Shown here: piece after piece, positions 50,427-58,413 of the stretch | Numbering within the stretch: position 1 is the first letter of the stretch | How the letters are laid out: every line of letters starts with the position of its first letter | NCBI GenBank assembly: GCA_965601925.1 | Contig: OZ271854.1 | Coordinates: 1,408,001 to 1,472,000 of the forward strand | Direction: 5' to 3' | DNA length: 64,000 nucleotides | Source of the DNA: Alkalispirochaeta sp. | GTDB taxonomy: Bacteria > Spirochaetota > Spirochaetia > DSM-27196 > Alkalispirochaetaceae | Translations under genes and position numbers: made by a program | The notes under the pieces: generated by a model | What the model was told of the DNA's origin: nothing | Seen by the model: the letters and a program-made list of their open reading frames with translations, nothing else | Databases searched by the model: none

Positions 50427-53400
50427 ACTCGTCTCGGCGCGTCCTGAAGCATCTACGACGCGCGCTGCCGGTGCTTCTCCTTGCGGCGCTCCTGGCGCTC
50501 GTGGGCCTCCACCGCGCGTCGGGACAATCGATCGACGGCCTCGGGGCTGAACGGTGGCTCAGCTACCAAACGGGACGCTTTCGGATTATCTATCAAGCGC
50601 GCGACGCCGCGGCGGCGGGCGAGGTCGCTATGGTGGCGGATACGGTCTGGGAACGGGTGACCGGATCTATGGACTATCGACCGACCGAGGTGATTCCGGT
50701 CGTTCTGTACGGTCGAACCGCGGAAGCAAACGGCTTTTTTACACCCTTTCCGCCCCATATCGCGCTGTACGTGGCAAGTCCCAGCGGACCGTGGTTCGGT
50801 TCCCGCACGCAATCGTGGCTTGAGGCGGTCTTCGTACACGAACTCACACACTATCTCCAACTTACGCAACCCACCGGGTTCTTCGGGACGATCTCGCGCG
50901 TTCTGGGTCCCCTCGCGGCGTCTGCGGGCGGCCTGTTCATGCCGGGATGGACGATCGAGGGTCCGGCGGTCGTATCCGAAACGATCCACACCACCGGCGG
51001 TCGCGGACGGAACCCCTTCTTCGAGATGGAGTGGGTCGCGCCGATACTCGCGGGCGAGATGTGGAGTTACGATCAGGCCGGCCACGCATCGCCCCGATCG
51101 CCGAGGGGTCGTATCTACTCGGCGGGATACATCATGGTCGACCACCTCACACGGGAGTACGGCGAGGACGCCTTCGTGCGTCTCAATCGCGAGTTTCAGC
51201 GGTGGCCGTTTTTGGGAATGCGTCGCGCACTGCGAAACACGACCGGCGTTACCGCGTCGGATTTTCACGCCGACGTGGTAGCCGATCTCGAGCGCCGCTA
51301 CGCCTGGCGACGAACCCTCCCCGCGGGAGAGGCGCTTTCACCGCCGGGCGTTGCCGACTGGCACCTTGTGGGGTGGACCGATCGAGGAGTCGTGGCGTGG
51401 AAGACCGATCCCTTCGACCGCGGATCACTCCAGGTGGTAGATACCGCCGCGCTTCTCTCGGGCGACGGAGCGCCGGGCGCGTGGGAGTATCTCGCCGCGG
51501 CGGCACTTCTGGACGAGCACTCGGTAAGCGTCACTCCCGGCGGAGAGTGGGCGGCGGCGGTCGTCCGGCGCGCCGATATAGCGGGGGTCGGCGGCGGGCC
51601 GACGGTAAGCTACGGCGATCTGTATCTCCTGCACCTCGACGGGAGCGGCCGTTCGACGAGGATAACCGCCGACATGCGGCTCTTTCATCCGGCGATCGCG
51701 CCGGACGGCACGATCATCGTGGCGGTCGAGCGGATGGGTAGCTACGCCCGCCTCGTCGCGATCGATACGGCCGTCGGTACGATCACCCCACTGTACGAAC
51801 CGCGGAACCGGACGCTCTTCACCCCGAGCTTTTCTCGCGACGGTCGATTTCTCGCGGTCGTGGAGAACGCGGCGGGGCGTCAGGAAATCTTGGTGCTCGA
51901 GATTGAAAACGGTGCCGCGAGCATAGGATCGATACTACGAATCGGTGGGACCGATATGGCGCCCTACCGCCCGTTTTTCGTCAACACCGCCGACGGAACC
52001 GATGTCTGGTTTGCCGGAGATCGAGACGGCCTGCTCTCGCTATATCGGTGGCGCGTCGCCGACGAGTCCGGATTACTCACCGAGGCGGACCCGCCGGAGC
52101 TCATCACGCGCGACCGGGTCGGCGTCGTCTCGGGGTTTCCCATCCCGTCGTCTCACGGGGTGACCCGGTCGATCGTCTACGGGAGCTATCGCTCCGACGG
52201 CTACAACGTACGTATCGGTCACTTCGAGTCGGGGGATGTCGCGGGTTTGGCGCCGACATCGGGAGATGTCGCGGGATCGCCGGCGGAGATTCCCGAGGTC
52301 CGGGAACTACGCGCCCCCGGGCCCATTTCAGAGAACACACCGGACGCACACGGCGCCGTTCTCGCTCGTTCCCGGACGTATCGTGACGGCTTACGGCCGG
52401 TCTTGTGGTTTCCGTCCGCGGCGCTTCGAGCCGGCACGGATGAGCAGTCGCAGCTGGATGTCGGTGCGTCGATTATCGCCGTCAGCACGCTGGGCCGCCA
52501 CCAACTCGCGGCGACGGCACTGTATAACTCGGAAGAGGTCGAGCCGTCGGGATCGATTACCTATACATACTCTCCGGGGTCGACGGCACTGATGCTCGGC
52601 GTCTCGAGGAGCTATGAGATACGAGAGCAGGCGGCAATCGACGCCGGGCCGGACGAGATCGAACGCGAAACGCTCGTTACGGCACGAGCATCGCGCCCCC
52701 TCCTGTATCGTGCGGACCCGCAGCGCTACCACGCGGTCATCGGTCTGTTCGGGTTGGGTTATACAGTGGAGGAAAACCCGGACGAGCAGTCGGCACATTT
52801 AGTCGGTTCGCTCCGCTTGCTTCGCTCGGGATACTCCGGACGATCGCACCGCTTCGGCGCACCGGGCGGCGAGCTTCTGACCCAGGTAGTCTACGAGCCG
52901 GCCATACTCGATCGAGACGAGGTGGGGCTCGATACCGTTACCCGCGCCGTGGCGCGACTCGCCGGGCGGGGCGGCTGGATGCAACTCGCGCCGGAGCTCG
53001 CCGTTGCGACGAGTCTCGACGGAACGGCGTTGGAGGATCTCCCGTGGAGCGGTAACCGGTTCGATCCTGAGGGCGGAGGTGCGTTGACCACCGCCGAAAG
53101 CGCGCTCTTGGGGCGTCTCGCCTTACGCCTGTCGAGCCCCCCCGTCGACTGGGCGCGGAGAGGGCTCGCGACGACGGGCGCGGGGTTGGCTCTCTACGTG
53201 GAACAAAGCGCCGGTCTCACGGGTGTCGCCGGTGAGACGGGACCGGGGTGGTACCCGGATAACTATACCGTTACCGGCGCGGAGGTACAGGTGAATCTTT
53301 TTTTCAACCTCGTTCCCATTGAGGTGACCGGCGGCGTTGCATTCCGAGTACCCCACGACGATGACGGCGGCGACCGCGACATGCAGTTATACCTGCGCTT

Positions 53401-53539
53401 GGGCACACCGGTACCCACGGCACGCGGTGGTGTGGATCAGAGGCCGACATTAGGAAATGTCGGGGGAATGAGGCCGACATTAGGAAATGTCAGGGGGATG
53501 AGGCCGACGTCGGAAGACGTCGCGGGGGATGTGCGTTAA
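50423..53539 (+). CDS. Exported protein with an HExxH peptidase-like N-domain, TolB-like propeller and probable C-terminal beta-barrel
   Basis: Signal peptide; VHELTH...W.IEG.A; PD40-like PAIAPDG and PSFSRDG; alternating beta-strand pattern near the C-terminus. Confidence 0.7.
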   Translation: MNSSRRVLKHLRRALPVLLLAALLALVGLHRASGQSIDGLGAERWLSYQTGRFRIIYQARDAAAAGEVAMVADTVWERVTGSMDYRPTEVIPVVLYGRTAEANGFFTPFPPHIALYVASPSGPWFGSRTQSWLEAVFVHELTHYLQLTQPTGFFGTISRVLGPLAASAGGLFMPGWTIEGPAVVSETIHTTGGRGRNPFFEMEWVAPILAGEMWSYDQAGHASPRSPRGRIYSAGYIMVDHLTREYGEDAFVRLNREFQRWPFLGMRRALRNTTGVTASDFHADVVADLERRYAWRRTLPAGEALSPPGVADWHLVGWTDRGVVAWKTDPFDRGSLQVVDTAALLSGDGAPGAWEYLAAAALLDEHSVSVTPGGEWAAAVVRRADIAGVGGGPTVSYGDLYLLHLDGSGRSTRITADMRLFHPAIAPDGTIIVAVERMGSYARLVAIDTAVGTITPLYEPRNRTLFTPSFSRDGRFLAVVENAAGRQEILVLEIENGAASIGSILRIGGTDMAPYRPFFVNTADGTDVWFAGDRDGLLSLYRWRVADESGLLTEADPPELITRDRVGVVSGFPIPSSHGVTRSIVYGSYRSDGYNVRIGHFESGDVAGLAPTSGDVAGSPAEIPEVRELRAPGPISENTPDAHGAVLARSRTYRDGLRPVLWFPSAALRAGTDEQSQLDVGASIIAVSTLGRHQLAATALYNSEEVEPSGSITYTYSPGSTALMLGVSRSYEIREQAAIDAGPDEIERETLVTARASRPLLYRADPQRYHAVIGLFGLGYTVEENPDEQSAHLVGSLRLLRSGYSGRSHRFGAPGGELLTQVVYEPAILDRDEVGLDTVTRAVARLAGRGGWMQLAPELAVATSLDGTALEDLPWSGNRFDPEGGGALTTAESALLGRLALRLSSPPVDWARRGLATTGAGLALYVEQSAGLTGVAGETGPGWYPDNYTVTGAEVQVNLFFNLVPIEVTGGVAFRVPHDDDGGDRDMQLYLRLGTPVPTARGGVDQRPTLGNVGGMRPTLGNVRGMRPTSEDVAGDVR
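52229..52275. repeat. Two 30-bp-period copies of the palindromic GACAT..ATGTC repeat within the CDS
   Basis: TCGGGGGATGTCGCGGG at 52229 and TCGGGAGATGTCGCGGG at 52259. Confidence 0.65.
53441..53530. repeat. Three tandem 30-bp palindromic repeats in the 3' end of the CDS
   Basis: AGGCCGACATTAGGAAATGTCGGGGGAATG, AGGCCGACATTAGGAAATGTCAGGGGGATG and AGGCCGACGTCGGAAGACGTCGCGGGGGAT. Confidence 0.9.
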
Positions 53540-53901
53540 TGCATATCGTCGTGTTGGACTGTCCTCCTGAATGCCTGGACTCGTACGCGTGGGATCGGCA
53601 AGCCGGGGATGCGCGCGTCAGCCGATACAGCGGCACGACGTTTGCCGACCTCATCGAGCGCGCCGTCGATGCGACGGTAATCGTAACGACCGGACTTCCC
53701 CTGCGTCGCGAAGTTCTGGACTATCTCACGCGCTTGGAAACCGTTGCGATTCCACGCGGACGCGCCGACGAGCTTGTCGAGATCGCAATCGCACGACAAC
53801 TGGGTATACGCGTGGTAGAGTTCGACCCGCCACCGAGTGAGGAGGCAGAACGGTGTGCATGGATCGACTCGCTCTACCGCGCAATCGCAGAACCGCGTTG
53901 A
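53539..53901 (+). CDS. Stand-alone substrate-binding-domain homologue of D-2-hydroxyacid dehydrogenases
   Basis: MHIVVLD...LIERAVDATVIVT...PLRREVL..L..L...VEIAIARQLGIRV resembles the glycerate dehydrogenase N-domain; TAATG overlap with the upstream gene. Confidence 0.55.
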   Translation: MHIVVLDCPPECLDSYAWDRQAGDARVSRYSGTTFADLIERAVDATVIVTTGLPLRREVLDYLTRLETVAIPRGRADELVEIAIARQLGIRVVEFDPPPSEEAERCAWIDSLYRAIAEPR

Positions 53902-53928
53902 TCGCACTCTCCTGAACCTCCCGCCGGT

Positions 53929-53960
53929 GCGGCGAGTCGTGTCGCCGCCTTTTTTCTTTT
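53929..53960 (+). terminator. Rho-independent terminator ending the RND operon
   Basis: GCGGCGA/TCGCCGC stem followed by CTTTTTTCTTTT. Confidence 0.8.
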
Positions 53961-53988
53961 ACAAATTCCAACAATAAGGATTGAAGAT

Positions 53989-54004
53989 ACGCTATATCTG
54001 GCGT
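53989..54004. promoter_or_regulatory. NrdR box
   Basis: ACGCTATATCTGGCGT fits the acaCwAtATaTwGtgt consensus and lies upstream of an RNR gene. Confidence 0.7.
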
Positions 54005-54062
54005 ACGATCTAACTTTGCGAGCGCCACAAACACCAGCACAGAGGGAAATGGGAGGGGGACT

Positions 54063-56348
54063 ATGCAGGATCAATCCGCGGTGTTACAGCCGGCAACGAT
54101 CAGGACGAAACAGCGGGACGAAGACGAAACCACGGTGGATGCGCCGAGCCATATCACCAAACGGGACGGTCGCTTGGTTCCGTTCGACAGCAACCGCATT
54201 CGGCGCGCGCTGGATCGGTGTTACGACGCTTTGGGACGACTCCCGAACACGGCAATCCGCGAGATCGTACGGCAGACGGTCAACGTGGTGTCGGCTCAGC
54301 ACCCCAAGCCGACGGTGGAAAACATCCAGGATACCGTCGAGATTGTGCTCCAGGCCAACGGCGAATACGAGGCGGCCAAAGCCTATATCCTCTATCGCGC
54401 CGAACACGCCAGATTGCGCAAAATACGCGCGGTTCCCGACGAGGTGAAGCAGGCGTTCGACGAGGCCGATACGTACTTTCCGACGCCGATCCAGCAGTTT
54501 CAGTTCTACGATAAGTACTCCCGCTTCGACTACGATTTGGGCCGCCGCGAGACGTGGCTCGAGACGGTTGGTCGAGCAGTGGATTTTCTGCGTGAGCTCT
54601 CCGAAAACCGGCTGGACGAGAAGGACTACCGCCGTATCCATCAGGCGATTCTCCAGATGAAGGTGATGCCGTCGATGCGCCTGTTGGCGATGGCGGGCGC
54701 TCCAGCGCGTCGCAGCAATATCGCAATCTATAACTGCTCGTACCTGCCCGCGGACAGCATCGAGAGTTTTGTGGAGGCGCTCATTATCTCTATGAACGGA
54801 TGCGGTGTCGGCTACAGCGTCGAACGGCGGTACGTAGAGCAACTCCCTCGCATTCGGCGCCAAACGGGTGCACGTCGCCTCACCTTCGTCGTTCCCGATA
54901 CCTCCGAAGGGTGGGCCAAGGCACTCGCCATCGGACTGGAGACGTGGTTTGCCGGCGAAGATATCGAGTTCGATATGAGCGAGGTACGGCCCGCCGGCGC
55001 CCCCTTAAGCGTAAAGGGCGGTCGCGCCTCAGGTCCCGAGCCGCTGCGCCATATGCTTCGATTTGCCCGTGATCGCATTCTTGCGCGCCAGGGCAGCTTC
55101 ATGACGACACTCGACGCCCACGACATCATGTGCGCGGTCGGGGGCGCCGCGGTCTCCGGCGGCGTCAGACGTACGGCGATGATCGCCCTATTCGACTACG
55201 ACGATATGGATATGCGCCACTGCAAGAGCGGCGACTTCTGGGTCCATAACAGCCAACGCTGGAACGCCAACAACTCGGCGGTATGGCCCGACCGTGAGCT
55301 CTCGCAGCAGGAGATCGCCCGCTTCGTGCTCGACATGGTCGAGTCCGGCAGTGGTGAGCCGGGCATCTTCAACCGGCGTGCGGCGATAAGGAATCGCCCG
55401 GCGCGTCGCGAAGAGGCGATCTTCGGCACTAACCCGTGCGGGGAGATCGTCTTGCGTCCCTACCAATTCTGTAATCTCACCAGTGCGGTAGCACGGTCCG
55501 ACGATACACTCGAAACACTCACCGAAAAGGTCGAACTGGCGGCGATCATCGGAACGATTCAGAGTATGGCGACCCATTTTCCCGGTTTGCGCGATATCTG
55601 GCGTAAAAACAGCGAGGAAGAGCGCCTCCTCGGCGTCGATCTCAACGGCCAGATGGACAGTCCCGTCTGTCAAGACCCGATGGTTCAGGAGCGGCTCCGG
55701 GAGCACGTCGTAACGACCAACCGACGATACGCGCAACTCCTCGGTATTCCCGCCTCGGCGGCCACGACGGCGGTCAAACCGTCGGGCAACTCCAGTCAGT
55801 TGTTGAATAGCGCCTCGGGCATTCACGCCCGCTGGTCGCGCCACTACATTCGCAACGTCCGGGTGAGCGCCCACTCGCCGGTGTACAAGGTGCTCCGCGA
55901 CGCCGGCGTCCCGATGGACCCGGAGAACGGACAGACGCGCGAGAACGCCACGACGTGGGTGGTGCACTTTCCCGTGAAGTCCCCCGACTCCGCGGTCGTA
56001 CGATCCGATCGCAACGCCGTCGAACAGTGCAACTACTGGCTGCAAAACCGGGAGCACTACACCGAACATAACCCCTCGGTCACGATCACCTACAAGCCCG
56101 ATGAGGTGATCGATCTGGTGCGTTGGGTCTGGGAACACCAGGATAAGATCGGCGGTATGGCCTTTCTACCCCACTCCGACGCGCACTACGAGCAACTGCC
56201 GTACCAGGATATCTCCGGCCAGGAGTACGAGGAACGCGCCGCCGCATTTCCCGAGATCGACTTCTCCAAGATCTACCGTTACGAGGAGACCGACCTGACG
56301 ACTGCGGCGCAGGAGTTGGCGTGTATGGCCGGTAACTGCGATATCTAA
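54063..56348 (+). CDS. nrdJ: Class II (adenosylcobalamin-dependent) ribonucleotide reductase, RTPR-like, with an N-terminal ATP cone
   Basis: ITKRDGRLVPFD ATP cone; YNCS, GCGVG, VRRTA, TNPCGEI, CNL, VKPSG and C-terminal CMAGNC. Confidence 0.9.
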   Translation: MQDQSAVLQPATIRTKQRDEDETTVDAPSHITKRDGRLVPFDSNRIRRALDRCYDALGRLPNTAIREIVRQTVNVVSAQHPKPTVENIQDTVEIVLQANGEYEAAKAYILYRAEHARLRKIRAVPDEVKQAFDEADTYFPTPIQQFQFYDKYSRFDYDLGRRETWLETVGRAVDFLRELSENRLDEKDYRRIHQAILQMKVMPSMRLLAMAGAPARRSNIAIYNCSYLPADSIESFVEALIISMNGCGVGYSVERRYVEQLPRIRRQTGARRLTFVVPDTSEGWAKALAIGLETWFAGEDIEFDMSEVRPAGAPLSVKGGRASGPEPLRHMLRFARDRILARQGSFMTTLDAHDIMCAVGGAAVSGGVRRTAMIALFDYDDMDMRHCKSGDFWVHNSQRWNANNSAVWPDRELSQQEIARFVLDMVESGSGEPGIFNRRAAIRNRPARREEAIFGTNPCGEIVLRPYQFCNLTSAVARSDDTLETLTEKVELAAIIGTIQSMATHFPGLRDIWRKNSEEERLLGVDLNGQMDSPVCQDPMVQERLREHVVTTNRRYAQLLGIPASAATTAVKPSGNSSQLLNSASGIHARWSRHYIRNVRVSAHSPVYKVLRDAGVPMDPENGQTRENATTWVVHFPVKSPDSAVVRSDRNAVEQCNYWLQNREHYTEHNPSVTITYKPDEVIDLVRWVWEHQDKIGGMAFLPHSDAHYEQLPYQDISGQEYEERAAAFPEIDFSKIYRYEETDLTTAAQELACMAGNCDI

Positions 56349-56452
56349 TCCCTCATCGGCGAGCCGCCGACGCGCTTCATGCCGTATGAATCGCGTCGGT
56401 GGAGTCGCGACGTGAAGCTCAGGCGCCCCCCGCGAAACGGCGCCGGACGCCG

Positions 56453-57427
56453 CTACTCCGCAACGAGAATCACGACCTTGCCGCAGGCATCACCGCTCTC
56501 TGAACGCACCATCGCGGCGCGGATCTCACTCAACGCATACGTTCCGTCGATCACGGTTCGGAGAGCGCCGGCGTCGATCATCTCGCGTATGGTGTCCAGA
56601 TCGGTTGGGTTCTGTTTGGCAACGAAGCTGCGATACCGTCGTCCCCGTTTTCGGGATGCCGCGGCGCCCGACGTCACCGTCTGAAAGAGTCGACGCATCG
56701 ATCCGCCGACGCACAGGTAGATGCCCTGCGGCGTCAGGAGGGGTGCGTAGTCGAAAATCGAGCGATAGGCACCGCAGTCGAAGACGATATCGTACCGCTC
56801 CGGCCGGACCGTGACATCTTCGACGGTGTAATCGACCACGGTCTGTGCGCCGAGACGCGCTACCATCTCCATCTTCGTCGTGCGACAGACGCCGGTCACC
56901 CGTGCTCCGAAGTGCCGGGCGATCTGCACGGCGAACATGCCGACCGCCCCGGACGCGCCGACCACCAATACGCGCTGCTCGGCGCGAAGCTGTGCATGGT
57001 CGCGGAGTCCCTGCAGAGCGGTAATCGCCGAGAGCGGCACCGTCGACGCCTCCGCAGCGCTCATTGAGGTGGGACGCGCAACCAGTACGTTCGCCGGCGC
57101 TACGGCGTACTGTGCATATGCACCCATCCCACAGCCGGAGAGATCGCCGAACACCGCATCACCGGGAGCAAAGCGGGCAACCTCAGAGCCCACCGCCTCG
57201 ACGACCCCGGCGACGTCCGCGCCGAGAGCGGAGAGGCGCGGACGTCGCAATCCGAACATAAGCCGGATCAACCACGGGTCGGCGCGCATAATCCGGCGAT
57301 CGGCGGCGTTGATCGACGACGCCTCGACTTTGATCAGCACCTCTCTTACCCCGGGCGTCGGTACGCTCCGCTCGCTGATCTCGAGCACCTCCGGCGACCC
57401 GTACCGCCTCATCGTGACCGCTTTCAT
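56453..57427 (-). CDS. NAD(P)-dependent MDR oxidoreductase (quinone oxidoreductase-like)
   Basis: YGSPEVL, LGADVAG, GASGAVG and GKVVI. Confidence 0.9.
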   Translation of the reverse strand: MKAVTMRRYGSPEVLEISERSVPTPGVREVLIKVEASSINAADRRIMRADPWLIRLMFGLRRPRLSALGADVAGVVEAVGSEVARFAPGDAVFGDLSGCGMGAYAQYAVAPANVLVARPTSMSAAEASTVPLSAITALQGLRDHAQLRAEQRVLVVGASGAVGMFAVQIARHFGARVTGVCRTTKMEMVARLGAQTVVDYTVEDVTVRPERYDIVFDCGAYRSIFDYAPLLTPQGIYLCVGGSMRRLFQTVTSGAAASRKRGRRYRSFVAKQNPTDLDTIREMIDAGALRTVIDGTYALSEIRAAMVRSESGDACGKVVILVAE

Positions 57428-57648
57428 CCCGTCTCCTCCTCGTCGTAGAAAAACACCTCTTCCACCCGCTTCCCAAAGACGCGGGAGAGGCGAAACGCCA
57501 GCTCGAGCGATGGGGAGTACCGTTGCTTCTCCATCGCTACGATCGTCTGCCGCGTGACGCCGACCTTCTCAGCCAGCTCTTTTTGCGTCATCTCGTCGCT
57601 GAAGAAGCGTAGCTCACGAATTCGATTCGTAATCGGAGACCGGCTCAT
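57424..57648 (-). CDS. XRE/Cro-CI helix-turn-helix regulator
   Basis: TQKELAEKVGVTRQTIVAMEKQRYSPSLELAF. Confidence 0.93.
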   Translation of the reverse strand: MSRSPITNRIRELRFFSDEMTQKELAEKVGVTRQTIVAMEKQRYSPSLELAFRLSRVFGKRVEEVFFYDEEETG

Positions 57649-58100
57649 CAAGCCGCCCCGGTGCGGTACATTGCGATGCGAGCCGATTCGCTCGCGATCT
57701 CCGAGAGTATCCCCGACCCGATCAGTACCACGAACATCACACTCACCGACATGCCGATTACGATCGGTACCATCGACAACGCGAACCCCAGGACGAAGAT
57801 CGCCTGTCCCACCTGGTTGACTCGCAGCTCGATTAATTTGTCACGCTCGTCCTCGAACGCCGGAGCATCCTCACCACTCGCGATGCGGTAGCCGATCGCA
57901 AGGAGTATCATTGCGACGATTCGCACTCCGATCGACACGGGGATGGAAATCAGGACGCCGGTCGCCCAGAAACGCAGCAGCGCGTCGGTATCGGCCGTAT
58001 CCAGTCCGTCGTACCGCCCGATCGCAATCGACCAGAACACGACGATCGCCGCGATCCCCGTTACGGTGACGATCACACTTCGCAACTCCTGATATGACAT
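57648..58100 (-). CDS. Membrane protein (DUF2178-like)
   Basis: Four TM segments around DERDKLIELR; AAGGAGG RBS; coupled to the XRE gene. Confidence 0.75.
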   Translation of the reverse strand: MSYQELRSVIVTVTGIAAIVVFWSIAIGRYDGLDTADTDALLRFWATGVLISIPVSIGVRIVAMILLAIGYRIASGEDAPAFEDERDKLIELRVNQVGQAIFVLGFALSMVPIVIGMSVSVMFVVLIGSGILSEIASESARIAMYRTGAA

Positions 58101-58155
58101 CACACACCTCCTTGCCGTCCACGCGGCGATTGCCGTTATTAACACCATACTAAAA

Positions 58156-58192
58156 GTAAATCGAGAATAACATAATGTAAAGTATTTTTTAC
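58156..58192. promoter_or_regulatory. Probable XRE autoregulatory operators
   Basis: GTAAA-N6-TTTAC palindrome at 58177-58192 and a degenerate GTAAA-N6-ATAAC copy at 58156-58171, in an AT-rich promoter. Confidence 0.55.
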
Positions 58193-58413
58193 TTGGTGTC
58201 TTACGAAACATTCTTAGACGACTCATTCTTCCGCGTCGCCCGCGCCATCGTCGTCGAACCGGCCGAGGTACCCTCTCCATACTCCGCATCATGGCCCGGT
58301 ATACACGGTCGTCCCGACCGCACTCCCTACGGACGTGCCTACCTCACCCGATTCACGCAATTATTGTTATAATCTCAACGTAGTCGCTCCGACGACACAC
58401 ACGAGGGGGCTCG

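Noticed and set aside
53441..53530. Possible mini CRISPR array (30-bp palindromic repeats)
   Set aside because: The units are head-to-tail with no unique spacers, lie in frame in a CDS, and no cas genes are in the window
10307..58292. ORF-track N-terminal extensions (10307, 12522, 24102, 33933, 43329, 44423, 58292)
   Set aside because: They overlap neighbouring genes or promoters; internal starts with an RBS or a leaderless promoter fit better
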